Shown here one piece after another: positions 20,644-29,877 of a stretch of 33,615 bases of DNA. The stretch lies in sequence record SRR22947725_427, one strand, 5' to 3'. The stretch's first letter is position 1, and each line of letters begins with the position of its first letter. The notes under the pieces are model-generated. The model was not told the origin of the DNA, ran no database searches, and saw nothing but the letters and a program-made list of their open reading frames with translations. Made by a program: the position numbers and the translations under genes.

Positions 20644-20907
20644 ATGAAAGAAATACTAATGTACAGCTCTCAATTTTGCCCTTATTGTGTAAATGCGGAG
20701 AAACTTCTGCAAAACAAGGGAGTAAAAAATATAAAAAAAATTATGGTTGATGAAGATCCCGCTTATATGGATGAGATGATTAAAATCACTGGTGAAAAAA
20801 CAGTGCCCCAAATTTTTATTGGTGAAAAACATATTGGTGGATTTGAACAACTTAGATCTATAAATAAAGAAGGAAACCTTGATAAATTAATTTTTAATAA
20901 AAAATAA
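20644..20907 (+). CDS. grxC: Glutaredoxin 3
   Basis: It has the CPYC active site and TVPQIFIG..HIGG, and lies upstream of secB. Confidence 0.95.
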   Translation: MKEILMYSSQFCPYCVNAEKLLQNKGVKNIKKIMVDEDPAYMDEMIKITGEKTVPQIFIGEKHIGGFEQLRSINKEGNLDKLIFNKK

Positions 20908-20990
20908 TAAAAGCAAATTATTTATTATTACGTGTTTAGGGGATAGAATGACGTTTTAAAATAAACAATTTAATTCAATTAGGAAGGCAA

Positions 20991-21497
20991 ATGGCTGAAG
21001 ATAAAAAAACAAAGAAAAAAACCGCAACTAAAATAGATGCATCTGAAACAAAAAATCAGGGTCCTGGATTTGGTATTGAAAAACTATTTCTTAAAGATGT
21101 ATCAGTTGAAATTCCAAACTCACCTGAAATTTTTACAAATAGAGAAGCACCTCAGATCTCAGTCGAGCTGAATAATGCAGCAAAACCACTTTCAGACGGT
21201 TACTATGAAGTAAGTTTGCAAATTACAGTAACCTCTAAGCAATCCGAGGAAACAGCATTCTTAGTTGAAGTTACACAATCAGGTATTTTTAAAATCCTAA
21301 ATGTACCTGAAGACGGTATGGAAATGGTTTTAGCTATTACATGTCCAAATATTTTGTTTCCCTATGCAAGAGAAGCTATTTCAGACTTAGTTACTAAGGC
21401 AGGTTTTTCACCTGTAGTTCTTAACCCAATTAATTTTGAAACTATGTACATGCAACAAAAAGAGAAAGCAGCAGGAACCGCTAAAAAGGCAAATTAA
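20991..21497 (+). CDS. secB: Protein-export chaperone SecB
   Basis: Motifs are IEKLFLKDVSVEIPNSP, AFLVEV.QSGIF, CPNILFPYARE and PVVLNPINF. Confidence 0.98.
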   Translation: MAEDKKTKKKTATKIDASETKNQGPGFGIEKLFLKDVSVEIPNSPEIFTNREAPQISVELNNAAKPLSDGYYEVSLQITVTSKQSEETAFLVEVTQSGIFKILNVPEDGMEMVLAITCPNILFPYAREAISDLVTKAGFSPVVLNPINFETMYMQQKEKAAGTAKKAN

Positions 21498-21498
21498 T

Positions 21499-21951
21499 TT
21501 GTCCAAAAAATTTTATAAGGGAGCTTTATTTTTTGCTCTTGCTTTTGCTAGTTTTTTTGTGCAAGCAGATTTCATTTCTGTTAAATCAAAACAAGCTATC
21601 TTGTTCGAAGGACCTTCAAACACTACTGAGAAAATGTTTATTGTTACTGAAGGTTATCCATTGGAAGTCCTTGTAAGCCTTAAAGACTGGAAAAAAGTTA
21701 AAGATCATAATGGAAAGATTAGTTGGATAGAGGCAAAAAATACTCAAGATGAAAGAACTGTATTAATTTTAAAAGAAAATACAGTCATTTTTAATCAAGC
21801 TAATGATAAAAGCCACAAGCTAGCAAACATAGAAAAATTTGTAGTGTTGAGGTTAAATTCTGCAATGCTTATTGGTGAATGGGCGCAAGTTAAAACTCAA
21901 ATAGAAGGTCTTGTAGGTTTTGTTAACTCAAAAGAAGTATGGGGTTTATAG
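21499..21951 (+). CDS. Exported SH3 (bacterial SH3_4-like) domain protein
   Basis: A signal peptide ending VQA is followed by two SH3b-like repeats (ILFEGPS...YPLEVL...WKKVKD..GKISWIE; ...WAQVKT...GFV...VWG). The likely start is TTG 21499, just after the secB stop. Confidence 0.8.
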   Translation: MSKKFYKGALFFALAFASFFVQADFISVKSKQAILFEGPSNTTEKMFIVTEGYPLEVLVSLKDWKKVKDHNGKISWIEAKNTQDERTVLILKENTVIFNQANDKSHKLANIEKFVVLRLNSAMLIGEWAQVKTQIEGLVGFVNSKEVWGL

Positions 21952-21952
21952 G

Positions 21953-22951
21953 GTGAGGGTTTGTGTTCTAGGGGCAGGTGCTTGGGGAACTGCACTAGCT
22001 ATTCATTTATCAAAAAAAACTAAAGTGACACTTTGGGCAAGAAATACTAGCCACCTTTCTGGAATGAAAAAATCAAGATCAAATCCTAAATATTTAGGTG
22101 ATTTTAAATTTCCTGATTTACTCTCACTAAGTGATAATTTTCATGAAGCAGTGACTAACTGCGATTTTATTTTATCAGCAATTCCAACATCTGGGTTCAG
22201 AGAAGCGCTTAAGCAATTAAAAACCATTGATTGCAATAAACCTATTTTATGGGCTAATAAGGGCTTAGAGGTTTCATCAGCAAAGCTCCCATTTGAGGTG
22301 ATACTTGATGAATTTTCAAATTCAGAAAATATTGTAAGTAGTTGGGGTGTTTTATCGGGCCCTAGTTTTGCGGCTGAGCTTATAAGAGGACTTCCTACGG
22401 CTGTTACAATCGCAACGAACGATAAAGATTTTTCAAGTAATATTGCTCCACTATTTCACCATAATAATATGCGGTCTTATACAAGTAAAGATATCGCAGG
22501 TGTTTGTGTTGGGGGGGCACTTAAAAATGTCATTGCTATCGCCGCTGGAATTTCTGATGGAATGGGTTTTGGAAATAATGCGCGCGCTGCCCTTATTACC
22601 AGAGGCTTAAGTGAAATTAAAAAATTTGGCTTAGAGTTAGGAGCAATGCCTGAAACATTTTCTGGATTATCTGGTATGGGTGATCTTGTCTTAACATGTA
22701 CGGGAGAATATTCTCGTAATAGAGAAGTTGGCCTAGGGCTCGCAAAAGGGGAGCCATTACAATCAATTTTAGATGGTTTGGGACATGTCGCCGAGGGGGT
22801 TTACACGGCAAGAGAGGTCGCTAAACGGTCAAAATTAATAGATATTGATATGCCTATCACTCAACAGGTAAATAATGTTCTTTTCGAGAAAAAATCAGCA
22901 AAAGATGCAGTGTTAGAATTAATTGAACGACCAATAAAGCAAGAAATCTAA
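21953..22951 (+). CDS. gpsA: NAD(P)H-dependent glycerol-3-phosphate dehydrogenase
   Basis: Motifs are VLGAGAWGTALA, LSGPSFA, GALKNVIAIAAG and GDLVLTCTG..SRN. The likely start is GTG 21953. Confidence 0.98.
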   Translation: MRVCVLGAGAWGTALAIHLSKKTKVTLWARNTSHLSGMKKSRSNPKYLGDFKFPDLLSLSDNFHEAVTNCDFILSAIPTSGFREALKQLKTIDCNKPILWANKGLEVSSAKLPFEVILDEFSNSENIVSSWGVLSGPSFAAELIRGLPTAVTIATNDKDFSSNIAPLFHHNNMRSYTSKDIAGVCVGGALKNVIAIAAGISDGMGFGNNARAALITRGLSEIKKFGLELGAMPETFSGLSGMGDLVLTCTGEYSRNREVGLGLAKGEPLQSILDGLGHVAEGVYTAREVAKRSKLIDIDMPITQQVNNVLFEKKSAKDAVLELIERPIKQEI

Positions 22952-22954
22952 AAT

Positions 22955-23419
22955 TTAACCTCCGCTTTCAAATTCTAATTGACGCCAAGCTTCATAAATA
23001 ACTATTCCAACGCTATTTGATAAATTTAAACTTCTGTTGTTTTTGACCATTGGAATCCTTATTCTTTCTTTAATTTTATTAGATTGTAAGATTTCGTCTG
23101 GTAAGCCTCTTGTTTCAGGCCCAAAAATAAAAGAGTCATTCTCCTGATAGCTAAAATGCGTATAAATAGATGTAGATTTTGTAGTTGCAGCGAAGATTCT
23201 AGTCCTAGCTAAGCTTTTATAGCAACTATCAAATGAATCATATTCTGTGACATTTGCTAAATCTAAATAATCTAAGCCAGCTCTCCTTAAGTTTTTACTA
23301 CTTATATCGAATCCGTATGGTTTTATTAGATGCAACTTTGAGCCTGTGTTAACGCAAAGACGAATAATATTACCCGTATTTGGTGGAATTTCTGGCTCAA
23401 ACAGAATAATATTAAACAT
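22955..23419 (-). CDS. trmL: tRNA (cytidine/uridine(34)-2'-O)-methyltransferase
   Basis: Motifs are PEIPPNTGNIIRLC, LRRAGLDY, FGPETRGLP, RSLNLSN and YEAWRQ. The likely start is ATG 23419. Confidence 0.97.
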   Translation of the reverse strand: MFNIILFEPEIPPNTGNIIRLCVNTGSKLHLIKPYGFDISSKNLRRAGLDYLDLANVTEYDSFDSCYKSLARTRIFAATTKSTSIYTHFSYQENDSFIFGPETRGLPDEILQSNKIKERIRIPMVKNNRSLNLSNSVGIVIYEAWRQLEFESGG

Positions 23420-23438
23420 ATGATTAAAATTTATACAC

Positions 23439-23470
23439 TTGTTAATATAATAAATGAAATAGATTAACAA
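23439..23470. promoter_or_regulatory. Candidate BirA (biotin repressor) operator upstream of bioB
   Basis: The perfect inverted repeat TTGTTAAT-N16-ATTAACAA (32 bp overall) resembles the BirA box pattern TTGTwAAC-N-GTTwACAA in arms and spacing. It overlaps the putative bioB promoter ATGAAA(23454-59)-17nt-TATAAT(23477-82). Confidence 0.65.
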
Positions 23471-23514
23471 TTCATTTATAATGTAATTATATTTTAAAGT
23501 ATATAGGATTTAAT

Positions 23515-24525
23515 ATGACAAAATCAGAATCAGCATTAAAAGAAAAGACTGTTTCATTCATAAATCCAAAAAAAGAACAAAGCAATAATAAAAAAGAGGT
23601 TTGGAGTAAAGAGGATATAAAAAAATTTTTCGAAACTCCTTTTAATGATTTAATATTTAATGCTCACCAAGTCCATAGGAGTCATTTTGACCCGAATAGG
23701 GTTCAACTCAGCACCTTGTTGTCTATAAAAACAGGAGGCTGTTCAGAAGATTGTGGCTATTGTCCTCAGTCAGCGAGGTATGATACAACTGTCGATAACG
23801 AGCCTATTATGCATATTGATGACGTTATTTCAGCGGCTAGACAAGCAAAAGATGCAGGTGCTACAAGATTTTGTATGGGTGCGGCTTGGCGAGGACCAAA
23901 AGAAAAGGATATAGGGTTAGTTGAAAATATGATTTCTGAAGTAAAGTCACTTGGACTTGAAACTTGTGCCACACTCGGAATGCTAAAAGATGGCCAAGCA
24001 GAAAGACTTAAAGATGCAGGCTTAGATTACTATAATCATAACCTTGATACATCTCCGGAATATTACGGTGATATTATATCAACGAGAACATACCAAGATA
24101 GACTAGATACCCTCAGCAGGGTTAGAGATGCAGATATTAATGTCTGTTGCGGTGGCATAGTGGGTATGGGTGAGTCAAGAGAAGATAGAATAAACCTTAT
24201 CTATCAGCTTGCAAATATGAGCATTCCTCCTGAAAGTGTCCCAATAAATTTACTAACCAAAGTTGAGGGCACCCCTCTAATAGAAGCTCCTGAGCTTGAT
24301 CATTTTGAGTTTATAAGAATGATTGCAGTAGCAAGAATCTGTATGCCTGAAAGCTTTGTCAGACTTTCTGCAGGAAGGGAAAGTATGAGTGATGGTGTTC
24401 AAGCATTAGCTTTTTTTGCTGGAGCAAATTCTATATTTTATGGGGAAGAGCTCTTAACAACAGGAAATCCTGACGTAGAAAAAGATCAGCAATTATTTAA
24501 GCGGTTAGACATAAAGCCTATTTAA
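23515..24525 (+). CDS. bioB: Biotin synthase
   Basis: It has the radical SAM motif CSEDCGYC, plus [27 protein letters not shown] and GANSIFYG. Confidence 0.99.
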   Translation: MTKSESALKEKTVSFINPKKEQSNNKKEVWSKEDIKKFFETPFNDLIFNAHQVHRSHFDPNRVQLSTLLSIKTGGCSEDCGYCPQSARYDTTVDNEPIMHIDDVISAARQAKDAGATRFCMGAAWRGPKEKDIGLVENMISEVKSLGLETCATLGMLKDGQAERLKDAGLDYYNHNLDTSPEYYGDIISTRTYQDRLDTLSRVRDADINVCCGGIVGMGESREDRINLIYQLANMSIPPESVPINLLTKVEGTPLIEAPELDHFEFIRMIAVARICMPESFVRLSAGRESMSDGVQALAFFAGANSIFYGEELLTTGNPDVEKDQQLFKRLDIKPI

Positions 24526-25713
24526 ATGATTCTGTTGGATGATATTAGTAATTCTCTAAAAGATCTAAAAGAGAAATCGCTGCTTAGAAGAAGAGTAGTG
24601 ATAAATTCCAGAAAAAAAAATTTAATTAAAATTAATGGAAAATGGTTAATTAACTTTTCTAACAATGATTATTTGGGCTTATCCCAAGATATCTCAATAA
24701 AGAAAGCTATTATCAATGGTATTAAAAAATATGGTAATGGAGGGACAAGCTCAAATCTTGTCTCAGGCCATACTGAAGTTCATCAAAATATAGAGGGCAT
24801 TACAAAAAATAATATAGGATTTGAATCATCCATATTATTTTCATCTGGCTATCTTGCAAACTTAGGGCTAATCACGACAATTTCTGATAAAGATTCTTTT
24901 ATCTATGCAGATAAACTCAATCACGCATCACTAAATGACGCATGTATCTTAAGTAGGGCTAAATTTTTTCGATATCCTCACAATGATATGAAGTTGTTAG
25001 AAAGGCTTCTCAAAAAAAATAAAACAAAAAAAAAGAAATTAATTGTCACTGATGGTGTTTTTAGTATGGATGGGGATTTGGCAGATATCCCAAAATTAGT
25101 TCAATTAGCTCAAAAGTATGATGCATATTTGTATATTGATGATGCCCATGGATACGGAGTTCTTGGAAAAAATGGACAAGGAATACTTGAGTATTTTGAA
25201 AACACAGGGCCAATGAAGAAAATTCCAAGAGATAGGATAATTTACACAATTACACTCAGTAAGGCAGTTGGTGTATCAGGAGCATTAGTAAATGCATGTA
25301 AAAATATTATTAATTTAGTTGTAAATAAATCTAGAACATACATCTATACAACTGCAGAGCAACCCGCATTAATTATGGGTGTAGAGCGTTCGTTTGAAAT
25401 TATAAAAAAAAATTACTCTCTAAGAGAAAGGTTGAATAAGAGTATAAATTTGTTTAGAAAAAATATTAACAAAAAGAATCTTCTAACAAACTCAATCACA
25501 CCTATTCAGCCATTGATTATCGAAAGTGCTGAAAAAACAATTAAAATTTCAGAAAAGTTAAATTCATATGGGTTCCATGTTCCAGCCATCAGACCGCCAA
25601 CAGTTCCAAATAAAAGTTCACGTTTAAGAATTTCAATTACCGCATTGCATTCCCAAGCAGATATAAAAAAGTTAACTAAAGTTATTAATAAAATACTTGA
25701 TAATGAAAATTAA
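24526..25713 (+). CDS. bioF: 8-amino-7-oxononanoate synthase
   Basis: Motifs are NFSNNDYLGL, SSGYLAN, DKLNHASL, DGVFSMDGD, DDAHG, TLSKA (PLP Lys) and AIRPPTVP. Confidence 0.97.
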   Translation: MILLDDISNSLKDLKEKSLLRRRVVINSRKKNLIKINGKWLINFSNNDYLGLSQDISIKKAIINGIKKYGNGGTSSNLVSGHTEVHQNIEGITKNNIGFESSILFSSGYLANLGLITTISDKDSFIYADKLNHASLNDACILSRAKFFRYPHNDMKLLERLLKKNKTKKKKLIVTDGVFSMDGDLADIPKLVQLAQKYDAYLYIDDAHGYGVLGKNGQGILEYFENTGPMKKIPRDRIIYTITLSKAVGVSGALVNACKNIINLVVNKSRTYIYTTAEQPALIMGVERSFEIIKKNYSLRERLNKSINLFRKNINKKNLLTNSITPIQPLIIESAEKTIKISEKLNSYGFHVPAIRPPTVPNKSSRLRISITALHSQADIKKLTKVINKILDNEN

Positions 25714-26470
25714 AGCATATGGAGATAAAGGAGATTCACTTTTATTAATTCACGGGTGGGGGGTGAATAGTGGGATATGGGCTCCTTTAGCAGCTCAATT
25801 AAAAAATTTTTTTAAAGTTTATATGATTGATCTTCCAGGGATGGGAAAAAGCTCAACAATCTCACCTTATACATTGGAAAATTTAGCAAAAGAAATTAGA
25901 GTTAATATCCCAGTGGACAAGTGCCATATTTTGGGTTGGTCGTTAGGGGGTCAGCTAGCTTTGTACCTAGCAACTAAAATACCTCAGTTTGTTGAAAAAA
26001 TAATTTTAATGTCTACAACTCCATGTTTTGTTGAAAGGCATGACTGGCCTTATGGCGTAAAAAAACATTTTTTTAATAATTTTGAATTAGAGGCCAAAAA
26101 AAGTATAAATGATACTCTTATGAAATTTTTTTTAATTCAAACAAAAGATATTAAGAATGCAAAAGATACAATGAAATTTTTAAAAAGTAATTTTATTAAA
26201 TCCACGGATCATAATACTCTTGGTATGCGGGGGGCTTTAAAGATTTTGGGTGAAACAGATTTAAGAAAAGACATAGAAAAAATAGATAAACAATCACTAG
26301 TTATTGTAGGCGAAAAAGATACACTTACCCCTCTAGATGCCTCTATATGGCTAAATAAAAACATTAAAGCATCTACGCTCATTAAAATAGCTGGTGCTAA
26401 TCATATGCCATTTATTAGCCATAAAGAAAAAGTAATTAGTTCAGTAATAAATTTTATCAATGATAATTAA
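25703..26470 (+). CDS. bioH: Pimeloyl-ACP methyl ester esterase
   Basis: Motifs are LIHGWG, DLPG.G, the GWSLGG nucleophile elbow, TPCF and ANHMPF. It lies between bioF and bioC. Confidence 0.93.
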   Translation: MKIKAYGDKGDSLLLIHGWGVNSGIWAPLAAQLKNFFKVYMIDLPGMGKSSTISPYTLENLAKEIRVNIPVDKCHILGWSLGGQLALYLATKIPQFVEKIILMSTTPCFVERHDWPYGVKKHFFNNFELEAKKSINDTLMKFFLIQTKDIKNAKDTMKFLKSNFIKSTDHNTLGMRGALKILGETDLRKDIEKIDKQSLVIVGEKDTLTPLDASIWLNKNIKASTLIKIAGANHMPFISHKEKVISSVINFINDN

Positions 26471-27317
26471 TAAAACTATAAAAAGAATTGGGTTTAATCG
26501 AGCTGCAATTACCTACGATAAGCATGCTGTATTGCAAAAGCAAATATCAAAAGATTTATTTGATCGTTTATCTTTGATTAAAATAGATCCAAACATTATT
26601 TTAGATCTAGGTTCCGGTACAGGGGAGAATAATTCAACCTTTAAATCTATTTATAAAAATAAGAGGATTATTAATTATGATTTTTCTGAAAGAATGCTTG
26701 AACAAGCCAAAACTAAGGAGAAAGGCCTTTTTGGGTTAAAAGATTTATTTGGAAAGTGTAAAGTATCTTATATTTGTGGAGACATAGAAGAATTACCTTT
26801 TGCGAAGAACCTCATAGATCTAGTTTGGTCTTCAAGCTCTATTCAATGGTGTACTGATTTAAATAAAACTTTATCTGAAATTAAAAAATCTTTAAATTTC
26901 GGAGGTCTGTTCATATTTAGTACATTTGGTCCTAAGACTTTAAATGAATTATCGAATATCAATAAGTCACTTTCAAATAAAGAAACCGTCAATAAATTTC
27001 ATGATATGCATGAAATAGGTGACATGCTGATTTCAAATGGTTTCTCAGATCCCGTATTAGATTCTGATATATACACTCTTACCTATAGCAATATTGATAA
27101 ATTATTTTTAGATATTAAAAATATAGGTGCGACCAGTTCTTATAAATCTGATAAACAAGGCCTAATGGGTAAGGGCCATTTAAAAAAAATTAGCATGGAA
27201 TATGAAAAATATAAACAATCCGGATTATTCCCGGCAACTTATGAAGTTATTTTTGGGCATGCATGGAATATGAATAAGAATCATAACTTCAAAACATTCG
27301 AGATAAAAAGTGGATAA
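26460..27317 (+). CDS. bioC: Malonyl-ACP O-methyltransferase
   Basis: Motifs are FNRAAITYD.HA.LQ, the SAM motif LDLGSGTG, FSTFGP.TL.EL, FHDMHEIGD and ATYEVIFGHAW. Confidence 0.95.
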   Translation: MIINKTIKRIGFNRAAITYDKHAVLQKQISKDLFDRLSLIKIDPNIILDLGSGTGENNSTFKSIYKNKRIINYDFSERMLEQAKTKEKGLFGLKDLFGKCKVSYICGDIEELPFAKNLIDLVWSSSSIQWCTDLNKTLSEIKKSLNFGGLFIFSTFGPKTLNELSNINKSLSNKETVNKFHDMHEIGDMLISNGFSDPVLDSDIYTLTYSNIDKLFLDIKNIGATSSYKSDKQGLMGKGHLKKISMEYEKYKQSGLFPATYEVIFGHAWNMNKNHNFKTFEIKSG

Positions 27318-27987
27318 TTCTTTTTTTATTACAGGTACTGATACAGGTATTGGAAAAACTTTTGTGACATGTATTTTGATGCATTTTATTAATTCTCAAC
27401 AAAGAAAGGTGATAGGTATGAAGCCAATTGCTGCGGGAATAGATAGAGTTAATGGTCAGACTGCTAATGAAGATGTTCTTTTGCTTAATAATGAATGTAG
27501 TTCTGAGTTAAGTTTAGAAGAAATCAATACCTATTCTTTTACTGAACCAATAGCCCCTCATATTGCTGCCAAAAAGAATAAAATAGAAATAGATTTTAAT
27601 AAAATAAAATTACATGCAGAAAACCTAAAAAAACAAACTGACTTTCTCTTTATTGAGGGGGCAGGTGGTTATTTAGTCCCATTGAATGAGAAAAAAACTA
27701 TCGCTGATTTAGTTGATGTGCTTAAAATTCCGATTATTGTTGTAGTTGGTATTAAATTAGGATGTATAAATCATAGTCTTTTAACTGTAGAGGCAATTTT
27801 GACCAGAGGCCAAAAGATATTTGGTTGGGTAGCTAACATTGTTGATGAAGATATGCTCGTGGCTGATGAAAATATTTCTTCACTTAAGCAAAGAATAAAG
27901 CAGCCACTTATCGGGACTATTCCATTCAGTCCTGGCAATAAATTTTCTAATTTAAAAAATCATATTTCATGGCCAGTTAATTTATAG
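27310..27987 (+). CDS. bioD: Dethiobiotin synthase
   Basis: Motifs are FITGTDTGIGKT, KPIAAG, IEGAGG and LGCINH. It has a GTG start. Confidence 0.98.
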   Translation: MDNSFFITGTDTGIGKTFVTCILMHFINSQQRKVIGMKPIAAGIDRVNGQTANEDVLLLNNECSSELSLEEINTYSFTEPIAPHIAAKKNKIEIDFNKIKLHAENLKKQTDFLFIEGAGGYLVPLNEKKTIADLVDVLKIPIIVVVGIKLGCINHSLLTVEAILTRGQKIFGWVANIVDEDMLVADENISSLKQRIKQPLIGTIPFSPGNKFSNLKNHISWPVNL

Positions 27988-28652
27988 AGATTATTGTCTG
28001 TTATATAAGTTCTAATTTCCTCAGGTAAAATTTTATTTGTATCTTCACTTAATCTAATTTTTTTCCTTACTTCTGAGGAGGCTATATCTATATAATCCAT
28101 ACAATGCCTATAAATATAACCATGTCTTTTTAATTTTAACTTATAAAAGTCTTTCTCTACATTCTGTTTATATAGCTCTTTTATTTCACTATGCTTAATA
28201 AGAGAGAGCTTTGAAATTTTTCTATCGATTAAAATGATGTGAGAGTAATTGAGTAATTTTTTCCAATTTTTCCATGTATTAATTTGTAAAAAATTATCAC
28301 TTCCCATGATAAAAAAATTTATGGCATTATTTTTTTTAAAGAAATATTTGAGTGTATCAAAGGTAAAAGATTTTTTTGAATCAAGACTTTCTTCTACTTC
28401 AAAAGTAGAAACTTTCATTTTTTTATTTGTAAGTGCTAGGTTAATCATCTGTAAACGGTGTTTTGCTGGCGTTAAATTCTTTTCTGTAACCGAAATTCCT
28501 GTTGGTATGAAGATAAATTCGTCAAGACCTAACTTTTTAATTAGGTCATTTGCAATCATCAAATGACCATTATGAATGGGGTCATATGCTCCACCAAAAA
28601 GTCCAATAAGAGGAGTTTTTTTTGAGTTATTCTCTAATTTCACCTTGACCAA
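27960..28652 (-). CDS. nadD: Nicotinate-nucleotide adenylyltransferase
   Basis: Motifs are GLFGGAYDPIHNGH, SFTFDTL, FIMGSDNF...W.NW, IASSEVR and YI..NNLY. The start is TTG 28652 or GTG 28643. Confidence 0.95.
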   Translation of the reverse strand: MVKVKLENNSKKTPLIGLFGGAYDPIHNGHLMIANDLIKKLGLDEFIFIPTGISVTEKNLTPAKHRLQMINLALTNKKMKVSTFEVEESLDSKKSFTFDTLKYFFKKNNAINFFIMGSDNFLQINTWKNWKKLLNYSHIILIDRKISKLSLIKHSEIKELYKQNVEKDFYKLKLKRHGYIYRHCMDYIDIASSEVRKKIRLSEDTNKILPEEIRTYITDNNLYKLTGHEI

Positions 28653-29877
28653 ATACTACATATTTTAATGAAGTGAGTCCCTCAAGCCCGACAGGCCCTC
28701 TTGCATGAATTTTATCGGTTGAAATACCAATTTCAGCACCAAGGCCGTATTCGAAGCCATCGGCAAACCTCGTTGATGCATTGATCATCACACTTGATGA
28801 ATCAACAGCTTTAATAAATTCAAGTCCATTAGCTTCGTTATTTGTAATGATTGACTCTGTGTGTTTTGAAGAATGCTTATTGATATGATCAATTGCTTCC
28901 TTTAAAGAGTCGACAATAATGCATGAAATATAAGGGCCAAGATATTCTTCAAAGAAGTCTTGATCTTCAGCAAGTTTTACCTGATTGATAATATGTTTAG
29001 TTTTTTTACAGCCCCGAATTTCTATATTTTTTTGATTAAATATCTCATAAATTTTTGGGAGAAAGTCTTTGGCAATTTTGGATGATACAACAAGTGACTC
29101 AAGTGTATTACATGTGCCTAATCTTTGCGTTTTTGAGTTATCTACAATAGAAACTGCTTTTCTAATATCTGCAAATTCATCTACATATATATGGCAGTTT
29201 CCATCAAGATGCTTAATAACAGGTACAGTTGCTCCATCAGTTATTTTTTGAATAAGACCCTTACCTCCCCTTGGAATAATTACATCAACAAATTCGTCCA
29301 TACTGATGAGAGTATCAACGAGTTTACGATCTGTAGATTCTATTATTTGCACAGCTTTCTCGGGTAACTTTGATTTAATAAGGGCATCTGTAATCAGTTC
29401 CCCTAAATATTTATTGGAGTTTATAGTTTCACTTCCGCCCCTTAAAATAATCGCATTACCTGCTTTTATTGTTAAGGCTGCAGCATCTATTGTCACATTG
29501 GGCCTTGATTCATAAATCATTCCGATGACGCCTATAGGCACCCTCATCTGGCAAACCTCAATTCCACTAGGTCTTTTTTGCCTGTTCATTATTTTACCAA
29601 TGAGATCTTCAAGACATTTTACTTGCAATAAACCGTCACACATACTTCTAATACTGGAATTAGACAATGTCATTCTATCTATAAATGCCTCATCAAAATT
29701 ACTCTTATTGGCTTTTTCCAAATCCAACAAATTAGATTTTAAAATGCTTTTTTTGTTGTCCTCTAGAGATCTTGCGAGCAATTCAAGAAAATTATTCTTT
29801 TGTTCGGTGGTTGCATATGCAAGCTGATGGCTTGATTTTCTTGCACTAACTCCAATATCTCGCATATATTTATCCAT
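28627..29877 (-). CDS. proA: Gamma-glutamyl phosphate reductase
   Basis: Motifs are RVPIGVIGMIYESRPNVT, DVIIPRGG, GTCNTLE and NASTRFADGFEYGLGAEIGIST..HARGPVGL. Confidence 0.99.
   Translation of the reverse strand: MDKYMRDIGVSARKSSHQLAYATTEQKNNFLELLARSLEDNKKSILKSNLLDLEKANKSNFDEAFIDRMTLSNSSIRSMCDGLLQVKCLEDLIGKIMNRQKRPSGIEVCQMRVPIGVIGMIYESRPNVTIDAAALTIKAGNAIILRGGSETINSNKYLGELITDALIKSKLPEKAVQIIESTDRKLVDTLISMDEFVDVIIPRGGKGLIQKITDGATVPVIKHLDGNCHIYVDEFADIRKAVSIVDNSKTQRLGTCNTLESLVVSSKIAKDFLPKIYEIFNQKNIEIRGCKKTKHIINQVKLAEDQDFFEEYLGPYISCIIVDSLKEAIDHINKHSSKHTESIITNNEANGLEFIKAVDSSSVMINASTRFADGFEYGLGAEIGISTDKIHARGPVGLEGLTSLKYVVFGQGEIRE

Noticed and set aside
23420..23470. ORF-track N-terminal extension of trmL (also the extensions of ispB, lspA, the SH3 gene and gpsA)
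   Set aside because: Family homology starts at downstream start codons, and the extensions cover promoter DNA or the upstream gene.
25012..25036. Poly-A tracts in bioF (and 8-9 nt A/T runs in ileS near 16494-16510, envC near 18867 and yacG at 3784-3792) as phase-variation or frameshift sites
   Set aside because: All reading frames are intact, the runs encode Lys/Asn stretches expected at this AT content, and several are in essential genes.
8491..29877. proB and proA being unlinked
   Set aside because: obgE-proB and holA-proA are the ordinary betaproteobacterial arrangements.
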